Source: an uncultured delta proteobacterium (GTDB lineage Bacteria > Desulfobacterota > Binatia > UBA9968). From it: a DNA stretch of 64,000 nt. The notes beneath the pieces were generated by a model that searched no databases, had not been told where the DNA came from, and saw nothing but the letters and a program-made list of their open reading frames with translations. The stretch spans positions 64,001 through 128,000 of the forward strand of contig CAVUZH010000005.1 in the NCBI GenBank assembly GCA_963745835.1, in the 5' to 3' direction. Positions 1-10,380 of this stretch are shown piece after piece (positions within the stretch are counted from its first letter, which is position 1; each line of letters starts with the position of its first letter). Both the position numbers and the translations under genes were made by a program.

Positions 1-342
1 CGCTTGCGGAAGATGCCGCGGACGAAGTTGCCCGTGAGGGTCAATCCGCGAGCGATCGAAGTGGTCAGCTTGGGTTTGATCAAGCCGCTGGATCAAGAGA
101 CGGTTCTACAATCAGCAAGTAAGACCGGCAGGGTGCTTATTGTTCAAGACGAGCCACCTTATGGCGGATATGCGCTTTACCTGCGTTCGTTACTGGATAA
201 GCTTCCCTCCGGCCGGCTCAAAGTTGCGCCACGCATCATTCACGGCGCGGAGCAATTTTTGCCATATTACGATGAGACGTCCTTCTTGCCGTCGGTAGCA
301 AATGTTGTCGCAGCCGCCAAAGAGCTCATACAGATAACCTGA
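1..342 (+). CDS. Transketolase C-terminal domain / 2-oxoacid dehydrogenase E1 beta-like protein (5'-truncated by window edge)
   Basis: EVVSLGLIKPLDQETVLQSASKTGRVLIVQDE...LPSVANVVAAAKEL matches the E1-beta C-terminal pattern; frame is open to base 1. Confidence 0.75.
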   Translation, partial: RLRKMPRTKLPVRVNPRAIEVVSLGLIKPLDQETVLQSASKTGRVLIVQDEPPYGGYALYLRSLLDKLPSGRLKVAPRIIHGAEQFLPYYDETSFLPSVANVVAAAKELIQIT

Positions 343-480
343 GGATGGCACTGTGCCGGATGGCAGGGGATCGTCGGCAACTTCATGGTTTACCAGAGCG
401 GTTGACGAGCGCGTCCTGTAAATAGATGCGCGAGCAGCTCAGGCCGCGAATAAAAAGATCGAGAAACGATTCCCTGCTAA

Positions 481-1581
481 CTAGTGCTTCAATCCATAGA
501 ACCTTGCCGCATTACCGTAGAGAATCGCCTCCTTCGCCGATGCGCTGATCTCCTCGTTCTCGCGCAGCTCACGGATTTCTTTCTGCACGGTGTGAGTGTT
601 CACTTCATGAGGGAAGTCGGAGGAAAAGATAAACGCTCCTTCGCCGCCGACTTTGATCGCATAGGGCAGGTCCGATTCGCCGCCTTCGATGCCCACCACC
701 AGCCGGCCGTCTTCAACGAGCTTGCGGACATAGTCAGCAATGGTTTGACCCTGCGGCAGTTGGAGCAACTCTCCGCGCGGATTGATCGGCACGCCCGCTT
801 CGAAGGAGCGAGTAAGCCGCGCGATCGCCATTAGAAACCACATAGGTCCACCTTCCAAATAGGCGACCCGAAGTCCCTTGTAACGTTCGAACAGATTGTT
901 GAGCAGCATTTCTGTCAACGCGATCGCAAGAGACATTGGATGTCCAATGGCATTGGCGCCGGTGGAAATATTCATCGTGTCCATCCCGAGATCCCAATGG
1001 CCCCCGCCATGGACCACGACGGGACAGCCCAGTCGCGCCGCTTCCTCATAAACCGGCCAGTAGGGTTTGGCGCCGAGATTCAATTGCACTGCTGTGGCCG
1101 GGAACAAGACTCCGGAAAAACCTAATTTCGTATAGGCGCGGTTCAACTCCTCGACGGCGGCCTCGGCATCGTGCATCGGGATGAGAGCAATGCCTTTGAA
1201 ACGGGCATCACGTTGCAGATAGGCTTCGGCCAGCCAGTCGTTGTAGGCGCGCGCTGCTCCGAAGGCATAGTCGCGATCGACGATGCGGCCGATGCGCTGG
1301 CCGTGTGTCGGGAACAGAACGGTATATTCGAAGCCGGTCTGATCCAGAAATTGGAGCCAGCCTTCCGGCCCCGGGTTGTGAAACTGACCATCGGCGCCGG
1401 CGCCGAACGCGCCGGGCGGGGTTCGGGTGAGAGAATACTGCATGTGGCTGTTGGCGGGGAACAAGCCATTTCGGAACGTTATCCGGCCGGTTTCGACGCT
1501 ATAGGGAAAGTGCCGGGCGATTGCCTGGTTGTCCTCGAAAACATGGCCGTCGCCGTCAATAATCTTCAACTGATCTTTCAT
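481..1581 (-). CDS. Amidohydrolase family protein (Amidohydro_2)
   Basis: IIDGDGH metal motif, AYNDWLAE, VVVHG, YLEGG, FSSDFPH; start moved to ATG 1581 behind a GGAGG RBS. Confidence 0.85.
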   Translation of the reverse strand: MKDQLKIIDGDGHVFEDNQAIARHFPYSVETGRITFRNGLFPANSHMQYSLTRTPPGAFGAGADGQFHNPGPEGWLQFLDQTGFEYTVLFPTHGQRIGRIVDRDYAFGAARAYNDWLAEAYLQRDARFKGIALIPMHDAEAAVEELNRAYTKLGFSGVLFPATAVQLNLGAKPYWPVYEEAARLGCPVVVHGGGHWDLGMDTMNISTGANAIGHPMSLAIALTEMLLNNLFERYKGLRVAYLEGGPMWFLMAIARLTRSFEAGVPINPRGELLQLPQGQTIADYVRKLVEDGRLVVGIEGGESDLPYAIKVGGEGAFIFSSDFPHEVNTHTVQKEIRELRENEEISASAKEAILYGNAARFYGLKH

Positions 1582-1671
1582 CGCATCCTCCTTGCCACTT
1601 ACGATTTGCGCTCGAGTTTTGGTCGTTAACCATAGCTCATATCGGGATAAACTTTTCAAATCCGGGTTTAA

Positions 1672-2724
1672 TCAATGCGCCGGACTAGTATTGTACAGCC
1701 GATCAATGAAGCCACTCTCATCGAGCTTACGCAAGATGCGATCGTCGACCAGTTCCTCGACTTTCGTGTTCTCCACTTTCGGATTTCGTATTTTCATCAG
1801 TCTTTGAATGTTGCGCAATCCCTCCAACGAAGGGTAGGGTTTTCGGTCCAAGCCTAACGCCATATCCTTGAATCCCTCTTCAGCCTCACTGGGGCTTACC
1901 CGGAGGCGGCGCTGCAGTAACTGCAGAGTCGCAGGCTTATTGCCAGGCGCGTGTACGAAAGCGATTCCCTCAAGTAGAGCGCTCAGCAAATTTTCAGTGA
2001 CTTGAGAATTTTGTTGAATGTAAGAACTGCGCGCGACGACGCCGAGGCTCGAGATCGGAATGTTGTACCTGCCTAATTCCGCTAAGATCGGAAAACCTTT
2101 GTCATGCAACCGCCGGCTAAAAACCATGTCGACGAGTGCCGCGTCGACCCTGCCGTCCTCTAGCGCCTGACTGAGAACGGCCGCATCGCCAATCGCGAGA
2201 AAGCGAATGTCATCCCGGTTAACATCTAGCCCCAGGCGCTCCAAACCCAAAATGGCGCTCATCCACAACGTCCCACCGATGGCGGCCGTGCCGAAGCGTT
2301 TACCGCGCAGTTCCTCAGCGTTCTTGACACCCGGACGCGCTACCAGATCGAGCGTTATCCGGTTGGTCAAAACAGCAAGGATTTTCAAATTGAATCCCGC
2401 GACACTTGCCCCCAGAACAGCCGTTCCACCTGTGAGACCAAAGTGCATATCGCCGGAACTTAAGGCCGCGAGAAGAGTCGGCGCCCCGCGGACAAAAACA
2501 AGTTCGGCATTGATACCGTTTTTGGTGAAAAATCCTCGCTCTTGGGCAGCCCAGAGCGGTGCCACCCTGGGGCTCATGGCCGCATAAGCGATTACGAGTT
2601 TCGCGGGTGCCGAGGCCGCCCCGACGGGAAAGCTAATTGCCAGGAACGCTATTGCGGCCAACAAGAACAATCTGTAGGGACTCATCAGCTTGACCCTTCT
2701 GTTCCTGTGCACCGCGCGCTTCAT
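1672..2724 (-). CDS. ABC transporter substrate-binding protein, NMT1/THI5/SsuA-like
   Basis: Signal peptide; LWAAQERGFFTKNGINAELV, ALSSGD, ELRGKRFG; C-terminal VDDRILRKLDESGFIDRLY. Confidence 0.85.
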   Translation of the reverse strand: MKRAVHRNRRVKLMSPYRLFLLAAIAFLAISFPVGAASAPAKLVIAYAAMSPRVAPLWAAQERGFFTKNGINAELVFVRGAPTLLAALSSGDMHFGLTGGTAVLGASVAGFNLKILAVLTNRITLDLVARPGVKNAEELRGKRFGTAAIGGTLWMSAILGLERLGLDVNRDDIRFLAIGDAAVLSQALEDGRVDAALVDMVFSRRLHDKGFPILAELGRYNIPISSLGVVARSSYIQQNSQVTENLLSALLEGIAFVHAPGNKPATLQLLQRRLRVSPSEAEEGFKDMALGLDRKPYPSLEGLRNIQRLMKIRNPKVENTKVEELVDDRILRKLDESGFIDRLYNTSPAH

Positions 2725-2832
2725 AGTTCAATCGCTGTACTCCGTTGAAACCGTTTACCGAAAACAGCCATCCAAATACTCAAAATTAACCCAAGGGAAA
2801 GTTCCACGTTTACTTTTTTAGTTCTGCATCGA

Positions 2833-3975
2833 TTATCTCGCCGGTAAATTCTCTTCCTTCAGGTTAAACCAATTTCGCGCGTTGTCACCGAGCACGTGGC
2901 GCAGCTTGTCTTCGGTCATCCCGGGGATTTTTCTGACTTGGTACACGGAGTTGGGAAATTCTGAATCCCAGTGGCGGTAATCCGACGCGTACATCACTTG
3001 AGTGATGCCGATGGTGTCGAGGACGTAGGGCAGAATGGTTTCCTCCGGCTCACAGGTAAAAGCCACCTGGGAGCTTTTTACAATTTCGGATGGCTGGCGT
3101 TTCAAAAGCGGCCATTGCGGCCGGAGCTTGTGAAAATGCTCATCCATGCGCTCGGCCCAAAACGGCACCCAACCACACGCGCCTTCCATGAAAGCGATTT
3201 TAAGTTTGGGATAACGATCGAAGACTCCTTCGCCGATCAAGTGCATGAGCGCGATCATCAGCTCGAATGGAAACGCGGTCATGTGCACGTAGCTGTATTT
3301 CTCCATGCGCTCGCTGCCGGCGCCCATCACTCCCCAGACGCCGTATTGCCCATCGTGCTCCGTTTGCGGATGGACCGACAGCGGCATGCCAATCTCTTGT
3401 GCGGCGGCGTAAACGGGATCGAACATACGGTGCCCCAAATTGATGCCGTAAACGTTCGTCGGCAGCATGGCCGTGACGATCGAGCGCTGCTGCGCGAGAA
3501 ATTCCAACTCCTTCACGGCTGCAGCTGGATCCTGCAACGGAATCAGACCGACGCCCTTCAAGCGTTTTGGATCGGGCGCGAGGTATTCTTCGACCAACCA
3601 GCGATTGACCGCATGGCACACCGCGGCCGCCAAGGGTTTGTCGGCCATGCCGTTGACCATGAGCGCGATAGAGGTGCCGAAGATGATGGCGACGTCGATG
3701 CCTTCTTCGTCCATGTCGGGCAGGCGCTTCAGCGGATCGGTCATGCCGGGACGGCTGCGTTCAATGTGCGCTGCGAACACCTCGCCGCGGTCCGGACCGC
3801 CGCCCCAACGGCGTCGCGCCGCGAGCCGGCCTTCGATCATCAAGTGCGAATAGCCAGAACTGTCGGTCACACGATTGGGCGCCAGATGAGCAAGCTCTTT
3901 CGGCATCCATTTCGCAAGCTCACTATCGGGCTCATAGCAGTGGCCATCGGCATCGATGACTAGACTTCTCGTCAT
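2833..3975 (-). CDS. Amidohydrolase family protein (Amidohydro_2)
   Basis: VIDADGH, RLPDMDEEGID, LSVH, FMEGACGW, YASDYRHWD; GGAGG RBS. Confidence 0.87.
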   Translation of the reverse strand: MTRSLVIDADGHCYEPDSELAKWMPKELAHLAPNRVTDSSGYSHLMIEGRLAARRRWGGGPDRGEVFAAHIERSRPGMTDPLKRLPDMDEEGIDVAIIFGTSIALMVNGMADKPLAAAVCHAVNRWLVEEYLAPDPKRLKGVGLIPLQDPAAAVKELEFLAQQRSIVTAMLPTNVYGINLGHRMFDPVYAAAQEIGMPLSVHPQTEHDGQYGVWGVMGAGSERMEKYSYVHMTAFPFELMIALMHLIGEGVFDRYPKLKIAFMEGACGWVPFWAERMDEHFHKLRPQWPLLKRQPSEIVKSSQVAFTCEPEETILPYVLDTIGITQVMYASDYRHWDSEFPNSVYQVRKIPGMTEDKLRHVLGDNARNWFNLKEENLPAR

Positions 3976-4332
3976 AATTCCTCCAAGCCGTATTCGAGAT
4001 TGCTATCTTCCTAGTCGGCTTCTCCGGCGAATGCAACCGATTCAACCACTGATTCTCTGCTCAATCGAATGGTGATTATCAGTGCGGCGCGAACTCGATA
4101 CGCTCTTGGAAGCATGCAGAAAATCGACAGGGTAAGACCTGAGTTGATATGTTTTTCCTGATGGCTCGCGGCGTCTCGTGCGTGCTTCGTACGTAGATGC
4201 TCTAAAGATCAAGATTGCGAGCCGGCATTGAGTCGGTCTCGAAGTGCGCCGATCAGTTTTTTGCCCGCCATTACACGAGCAGGCGGAAAGTTGACTCCCT
4301 TTCCCGTGATGTTATTAACAGTCAACACCGGA

Positions 4333-5295
4333 ATGGAAGCAAGTTTCGATACGAAGCCAAAACTCGGCATCAGCGCGTGTTTGCTCGGTCAGAAGGTCCG
4401 CTTCGACGGCGGTCATAAGCGCGAACAGTTTCTGACCGATCTGTTTGGCAGGTTCGTTGAATGGATTCCGATCTGCCCGGAGGTCGAAGTCGGCATGGGT
4501 GTGCCGCGCGAGAGCGTTCGTCTGGTGGGCACGCCTTCCAATCCGAAAATGATCGCCGATAAATCGGGCAGAGACTGGACTGCTGCGATGAGCCAGTTCG
4601 CGGCGAAGCGGCTGCGCGACATGGCTGAAATAAGTTTGTCGGGTTACGTCTTGAAAAAGAATTCACCTAGTTGCGGCATGGAGCGTGTAAGAGTTTATAG
4701 CTCCAAAGGCATGCCGGAGCGGCAAGGCCGAGGTCTTTTTGCCGCCGCGCTGATGGAACAGTGGCCGCTTTTGCCGATCGAAGAAGAAGGGCGCCTAAAC
4801 GATTTAAAGCTCCGAGAGAACTTTATCGAACGAGTTTTCGCCTACCATCGCTGGCAACAAGCATCAGCCCAGCGAAAATCGCTGGGAGCGCTGGTGCGCT
4901 TTCATACGCGCCACAAATATTTGTTGCTCGCACATAGTCAACGTCATTATCGCCAACTGGGTAGGCTGGTGGCGACGGCGAAACAAAGATCGCTTGGCGC
5001 ACTTTACGACGACTACGGGATGGTTTTTATGAAGGCCTTAGCGGTTCACGCCACCGAGAAAACCCATGCCAATGTCTTGGATCATATGATGGGATATTTC
5101 TCCAAGCAATTGACCGCATCTGAGAGACAAGAACTGTTGCAGCTAATCGGCGATTTTCGCCACCAACTCATTCCCTTGATCGCGCCGATCACGTTGGTGC
5201 GGCACTATACCAAGAAATATCAAGTCGAGTATTTGCAGGGTCAGCTGTACTTGGAACCTAATCCGAAGGAGCTGATGCTGCGAAATCATGTCTAG
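4333..5295 (+). CDS. ybgA: DUF523 (TudS-like) + DUF1722 protein, YbgA family
   Basis: ISACLLG-VRFDGGHK, PICPEVEVGMGVPRE, KKNSPSCG, EEGRL, FHTRHK, NVLDHMMGYF, ELMLRNHV; ATG 4333 chosen as start. Confidence 0.88.
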   Translation: MEASFDTKPKLGISACLLGQKVRFDGGHKREQFLTDLFGRFVEWIPICPEVEVGMGVPRESVRLVGTPSNPKMIADKSGRDWTAAMSQFAAKRLRDMAEISLSGYVLKKNSPSCGMERVRVYSSKGMPERQGRGLFAAALMEQWPLLPIEEEGRLNDLKLRENFIERVFAYHRWQQASAQRKSLGALVRFHTRHKYLLLAHSQRHYRQLGRLVATAKQRSLGALYDDYGMVFMKALAVHATEKTHANVLDHMMGYFSKQLTASERQELLQLIGDFRHQLIPLIAPITLVRHYTKKYQVEYLQGQLYLEPNPKELMLRNHV

Positions 5296-5561
5296 CAAAA
5301 GACTTCCCGGTGCATGAAATGGTTTGGCTCAAAAACGATAACGCAGCACGGACGCGTGATTCTATAATCGTCTTGGGAAGCACATGATTCTCATGGTGGC
5401 CCAAAAAACTAGCCTGCTTTCAATCGTCGTGCCGAGCCTTTAAATCCGTAGCGTGATATATGTCGGTGGATGTGCGTTTCCGCCCAGCCGGACGGCGTCT
5501 CATTTAATACGCCTTTTTTCATTGAATAACCTTTCGCGGCGGCTGTGTCAGCGTAGCCGCG

Positions 5562-6926
5562 ATGACTACGGATAAGATACCCAATACTCGCAACTGGAGC
5601 CCCAGCTTGACCGACACCCATGTCACTGAAGAATCCGGAAAAAAGGGACGGATTTTTTTTGGCTGGTATATGGTTGCCGCAAGCGTCGTGGCCAACACGA
5701 TTTTCTCCGCGGCCTATTTCCAGGGCTTCGGCGTTCTCATCCTCCCGATAGAGCGCACCTTCGGCTGGGACCGCTGGGTTATTTCCGCGGCCATGTCGCT
5801 GCGTCAGTTGGAGTCCGGCATTGTCAGTCCCGCTGTCGGCTTCCTGCTGGATCGCTTCAGCGCGCGTAAATTGATTTTCTGGAGCGCCGTCATCTCGGGC
5901 CTCGGCTTCATCGGCCTCGGCTTCACCAGCGGCATCGTCATGTTTTTTCTCTGCTTCGTGGTCATTTCCCTGGGAGCATCCGGCATCAGCCACGCTGTTA
6001 CCTGGCCCGTGATCATCTCGCGATGGTTTCGTCGCAACCGCGGTCTCGCCACCGGGCTTGCGGTAACCGGCCCGATCTTCGGCTCGCCTATCGTCATACT
6101 GAACACGCAGATCGAGGAGGCGTACGGCTGGCGCGTCGTTCTGTTTGGCTACGGCATTTTGATCTTGGTGGGGATTACTTTGCTCAGCATGCTGGTGCGC
6201 GACCGACCCGAGCCCTACGGCTTGCGGCCCGATGGAGACCCGCCGGAGGATAGCATCACCAAGGAACACCATGCCGGCTCACCACGGCGAATCGATGCGG
6301 GGCTGACGATGCACGCGGTGTTTCGCACCAAGGAGTTCTGGCTATTCACGAGCTACTTGTCCGGTACGTTCGCCGTTAATTCCGCGATTCAGGGCCACAT
6401 GATTCCCTACTTCCAGCAAGACATCGGACTTACCGCCGCCTGGGCGGCCGTGGTCATGTCCATGGTCTTCATCATCAGCGGGATTGGGCGCATCGGTGGC
6501 GGCTATCTGCTGGACAGGATGGACTATCGGCTGGTCCTCGCAGTTGTAGCCGCGATGATGGGCCTCGGGCTCTTGTACCTTCAGGTCGTGCCCGTGAAAA
6601 CGGTTTGGGCCACATTGCCATTCGCGGTAATGTTCGGCGTCAGCTTCGGCTGCCTGGTTCCGATGCGCGGTACCGTCGGCAGCATCATGTTCGGCACCCG
6701 TACCATCGGAGGAATTTTGGGGCTGCTGCAAGGGGGGCCGATTGCGGCGGGAGTCATTGGGCCCTTTGTCATGGGACTGATCTTCGACCTAAACGGGAAC
6801 TACTCCACTGCCATATGGGGACTCATCGTCATCAGCGCTTTGATGATACCGATGTCGCTGGCTATGGGCTCGCCCGCCGACCTGGCTAGGCGCATTAGGG
6901 CAGCCGACAGCGATAGGCGCAGTTGA
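5562..6926 (+). CDS. MFS transporter
   Basis: About 12 hydrophobic segments; GFLLDRFSARK motif A and second repeat GYLLDRMD; WFRRNRGLATG. Confidence 0.88.
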   Translation: MTTDKIPNTRNWSPSLTDTHVTEESGKKGRIFFGWYMVAASVVANTIFSAAYFQGFGVLILPIERTFGWDRWVISAAMSLRQLESGIVSPAVGFLLDRFSARKLIFWSAVISGLGFIGLGFTSGIVMFFLCFVVISLGASGISHAVTWPVIISRWFRRNRGLATGLAVTGPIFGSPIVILNTQIEEAYGWRVVLFGYGILILVGITLLSMLVRDRPEPYGLRPDGDPPEDSITKEHHAGSPRRIDAGLTMHAVFRTKEFWLFTSYLSGTFAVNSAIQGHMIPYFQQDIGLTAAWAAVVMSMVFIISGIGRIGGGYLLDRMDYRLVLAVVAAMMGLGLLYLQVVPVKTVWATLPFAVMFGVSFGCLVPMRGTVGSIMFGTRTIGGILGLLQGGPIAAGVIGPFVMGLIFDLNGNYSTAIWGLIVISALMIPMSLAMGSPADLARRIRAADSDRRS

Positions 6927-7078
6927 CCTACAACGAAACATTGGGCGAATTGTCAGTTACTCGAGAACCATCGCGCAAATTTCATCATGCGTTATAGGAA
7001 TTTTTGTACCGCAGCAGCGCAGCGCACAGAGTAGCGCCTTTGGTTTTCCTCTAGATAACGGCATTAGCGGCTTCATGT

Positions 7079-8029
7079 TTACTGGTTGGCGGCGGCGCGG
7101 AATTTGTTATTCTTTAGCAAATTGTAGTTGTCGATGAGCTGTTTCTTCTCGGCGTCGGAAATGCCGAGCTGGGGCCGGCGCACGAATGTTGTTTTAATCA
7201 GCCCTTCGTGTTGTAAGACGACCTTGATGCGCGCCACGGCTTCGACAATGGGTTCGCTGAAAACCAACTCTTTCAGGGCTTCCAATTCATTCTGGATGGC
7301 GGCGGCTTGATCGAAGTTTCCGGCCCGTCCGGCCAAATCCAACGCGCCCCATTTTTCCGTCGCAACATTGGCCACGCCGATGAGCGCGCCGTCAGCCCCC
7401 ATCTTATAACTCTCGGCAACAAACCGATCATTGCCAGTCAACACCCGCATCTCGGCGTTGTCGCGCTCCAGCGCTTGGATGGTGTCACGGAAAAGATTAA
7501 TGTCGAAAGACGCTTCTTTGAACGCGACGACGTTTTCGAGCCGGGCGATGCGGCAAATGGTTGCCGGATCGTAGTAATAACTCTTAACCGGTATCTGAAA
7601 AAGCACGATGGGCAGCTTGGTTTCTCGGGCCAGATCCTCGAAGAAGCGCACTTTGAGATTCGGGTCAACCTTGCCCCAGGCAAACAGCAAAGGCGGAAAG
7701 ATCATCACGCCATCGACCGGAATATTCTCCAGATCGCGCACAAGCGCAACTGCTTCATCCGTCGACTGAGGCGCGATCGTGGCGATATGCACCTTGCCGG
7801 CTTCGCGCGCGACTTTGCCGGAAATCTCGTAAACGCGGCGCTTCTCCTCGATGCTCAGCACCGGGCTTTCGCCGATACGCGCGCACGAGACCAATCCCGC
7901 GACGCCGGGGAGCGAAGCGAAATAAGCGGTCAGCCGATTTAAGCTCTCCACATCGATAGCTCCGGATCGATCGAACGGCGTTACATGGGGGATGAAGAGA
8001 CCGCTGAAACGTTCATGAAGCGATGGCAT
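7079..8029 (-). CDS. Dihydrodipicolinate synthase (DapA/NAL) family protein
   Basis: VTPFD, GESPVLS, catalytic Lys in VAFKEAS, TGND, GADGALIG, VRRP. Confidence 0.85.
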   Translation of the reverse strand: MPSLHERFSGLFIPHVTPFDRSGAIDVESLNRLTAYFASLPGVAGLVSCARIGESPVLSIEEKRRVYEISGKVAREAGKVHIATIAPQSTDEAVALVRDLENIPVDGVMIFPPLLFAWGKVDPNLKVRFFEDLARETKLPIVLFQIPVKSYYYDPATICRIARLENVVAFKEASFDINLFRDTIQALERDNAEMRVLTGNDRFVAESYKMGADGALIGVANVATEKWGALDLAGRAGNFDQAAAIQNELEALKELVFSEPIVEAVARIKVVLQHEGLIKTTFVRRPQLGISDAEKKQLIDNYNLLKNNKFRAAANQ

Positions 8030-8210
8030 AAATTCCTCCGGCGGATTGTGCTAAGAACTCAATAGGCATTATCGTGATTGAAAAAGACTCAGGCATAAGT
8101 AGAACAAATTACCAGGACAGGTCAAGGCGAACAATCGTCACAGTCGGTTTCGAGCGCAGCCGAAGGTTTCGAGATGTCAGGCTCATTGTTAGCCATCGAG
8201 GGAGCATAAT

Positions 8211-9773
8211 ATGAATGCGGCTATTTCCTGCGACGACCTCGCTCGACTGATGGCGTCGGCGCAGCGTTTCGCGGTTTTCGACGTGCGCGAACGCGGTGAA
8301 TACAACCAATGTCAGATTCCCGACACAACTTCACTGCCGCGGAGTCAGATCGAATTCCGTGTCGCCGAGTTGGTGCCCGATCGCAAAGTGCAGTTGATTG
8401 TTTACGACGAGGGCGGCGCGCGCGCGCCATTGGCGCGGGCGACGTTGACGCGCCTCGGCTACCAACATGTTGCGATACTCGACGGCGGCTTGGGTGCATG
8501 GCAAAGCCAAGGACGCCCTACATTTGCCGGCGTCAATGTGCCGAGCAAAGCTTTTGGCGAGCGAGTTCATCATGAGCGGGATGTTCCCGATTTAACCCCG
8601 GAAGAGCTTAAGTCACTGCAGGATCGTTCGACGGATCTGGTTATTCTCGATGTTCGCACTCCGGAGGAGTACGGCCGGTTTTGCATTCCCGGCGGCATCA
8701 ATGTTCCTGGCGGTGACCTGATTCTCTGGGTCGAAGAATTGAAGCAGCGCAAGCCGACAAATGTCATCGTCAATTGCGCCGGGCGCACACGCAGCATCAT
8801 CGGCGCCGCCGCGCTGCGCCGCCTCGGCCTCACCAACGTTCGGGCGCTCAGAAATGGAACCATGGGTTGGGTGCTTGCCGGATTCGAATTGGAAAAAAAA
8901 CCTCAACGGCCGGCGCCGCCCCCACCTGCCATAGGTCGTGACAAGGCGGCGGCGTTGGCGCGCCGCATCGCGGAGGAAGAATCCATCTCGTGGATCTCTA
9001 CTTTAGAGTTGTCGGATGCGCTCGAAAGCAGAAGCATTGATTATCTCATCGACGTTCGCTCCGAAAACGAGTTCGCATTCGGTCATGTGCCGGGATCGAT
9101 CAGCATCCCTGGCGGGCAGGCGGTGCAACGCGCGGATGATTTCGTCGCCGTGCGCAACGGGCAGATCGTCTTCATCAGCAATGAATCTGCGCGCGCCGTT
9201 ATGGCGGCATTTTGGTACCGCCAAATGGGTTTCTCCCATGTGGCGGTGCTGCAAGGCGGTCTGCGCGCATGGGCGGAGAGCGGCGCACAAATCGAGAAAG
9301 GATCACTGCGAAATGAGCCGATTGGTTTCGAAGCTGCCCGTCAGACTGTGCGCGTCGTTGACCCTCCCACCATTGAAGTGAAAATGCGCGATTCCTCGGT
9401 TTTGCTTCTCGACGTCGGCGCGAGTCTCGATTTCGAAACGGCGCATCTTCCCCGCGCTAAATGGATTTCACGTGGCTGGCTTGATCTTAAACTACCGGAA
9501 CTTTACCCAGAGCGAACTCAGCCGATCGTCTTGACTTGTGCCGACGGTCGCTCGTCGATACTAGCGGCGCTGACACTGAGCGAGTTAGGTTACAGCGATG
9601 TTGTGGTTCTTGGCGGCGGCGTGCGCGCGTGGTCGGCGGCCGGCTTTCCCACTGAACAAGGAGTAGACGGCTGCTTGGTCGAATGCAACGACGTGGTTTT
9701 ATCGCCGTCGATCCGCGGCACCAAGGAAGACATGCAGCGTTATCTGGATTGGGAGTTGACACTAACGAAGTAA
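8211..9773 (+). CDS. Multidomain (four-repeat) rhodanese-related sulfurtransferase
   Basis: Four DVR/DVG...L.GG..AW repeats; GVNVPSKAFGE; active-site loop NCAGRTRS; terminal MQRYLDWE. Confidence 0.88.
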   Translation: MNAAISCDDLARLMASAQRFAVFDVRERGEYNQCQIPDTTSLPRSQIEFRVAELVPDRKVQLIVYDEGGARAPLARATLTRLGYQHVAILDGGLGAWQSQGRPTFAGVNVPSKAFGERVHHERDVPDLTPEELKSLQDRSTDLVILDVRTPEEYGRFCIPGGINVPGGDLILWVEELKQRKPTNVIVNCAGRTRSIIGAAALRRLGLTNVRALRNGTMGWVLAGFELEKKPQRPAPPPPAIGRDKAAALARRIAEEESISWISTLELSDALESRSIDYLIDVRSENEFAFGHVPGSISIPGGQAVQRADDFVAVRNGQIVFISNESARAVMAAFWYRQMGFSHVAVLQGGLRAWAESGAQIEKGSLRNEPIGFEAARQTVRVVDPPTIEVKMRDSSVLLLDVGASLDFETAHLPRAKWISRGWLDLKLPELYPERTQPIVLTCADGRSSILAALTLSELGYSDVVVLGGGVRAWSAAGFPTEQGVDGCLVECNDVVLSPSIRGTKEDMQRYLDWELTLTK

Positions 9774-9807
9774 GCGCGGCAAGCGCACAGGAGCTTTCTG
9801 CTCTACC

Positions 9808-10380
9808 TCAGCAGTTCTCATATTTCGGACTGGCAAACGTTTTGACGGCTTTGGTGTCAATGTCGAAGCGCAATCGCGGCATGTCGGTCAGATCCTTGCC
9901 GTAAACGTGGATCTCTACGGTATTGCGATCGGTAACGTTGTTCATCTCATGGATGTCATCTGCGGGCGCGACCAGGCAAGAAACCATTCCCGCTTTGTTA
10001 TTGACCACGCCCGTTACTTCAAGTTCGGCATAGCTGGCTTTGGTGCCGTCATCATTGCGCCGAAATCGAGTTTCTTGAATTTCGTTTTCGATTACACCGA
10101 CCAAACCCCATGTATCATGGTTGTGAGCCTTGGCGTTATCGCCCGGACCCCAAACGATGGAGGAGACGTTGAACAGCGGCGCCCGGTGCAGCATATAGCG
10201 GCCGTATGCTGTGCTGCCGCGGCGTGTGTACTTCTCATCCAGGCAGTCCGGCCGCTCGATGAGTTTGGCAAGTAGTGGCTTTGCCTTGGCGACGATGCTT
10301 TCCTGCGAAGTTTCCGCGCGCGTGATCCGATCGAGATCCTCGATGAAATCCGGCAACGAATAGCTGGCGGCCATGTTCAT
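9808..10380 (-). CDS. Cysteine dioxygenase family protein
   Basis: WGPG..HNHDTWG, DIH, EIHVYG: three-His cupin. Confidence 0.85.
   Translation of the reverse strand: MNMAASYSLPDFIEDLDRITRAETSQESIVAKAKPLLAKLIERPDCLDEKYTRRGSTAYGRYMLHRAPLFNVSSIVWGPGDNAKAHNHDTWGLVGVIENEIQETRFRRNDDGTKASYAELEVTGVVNNKAGMVSCLVAPADDIHEMNNVTDRNTVEIHVYGKDLTDMPRLRFDIDTKAVKTFASPKYENC

Noticed and set aside
2971-3963. Long antisense ORFs (e.g. 2971-3963, 5409-6272, 25256-26164, 57539-58219)
   Set aside because: Shadow ORFs opposite well-supported genes, expected from GC-rich codon usage; no recognisable motifs
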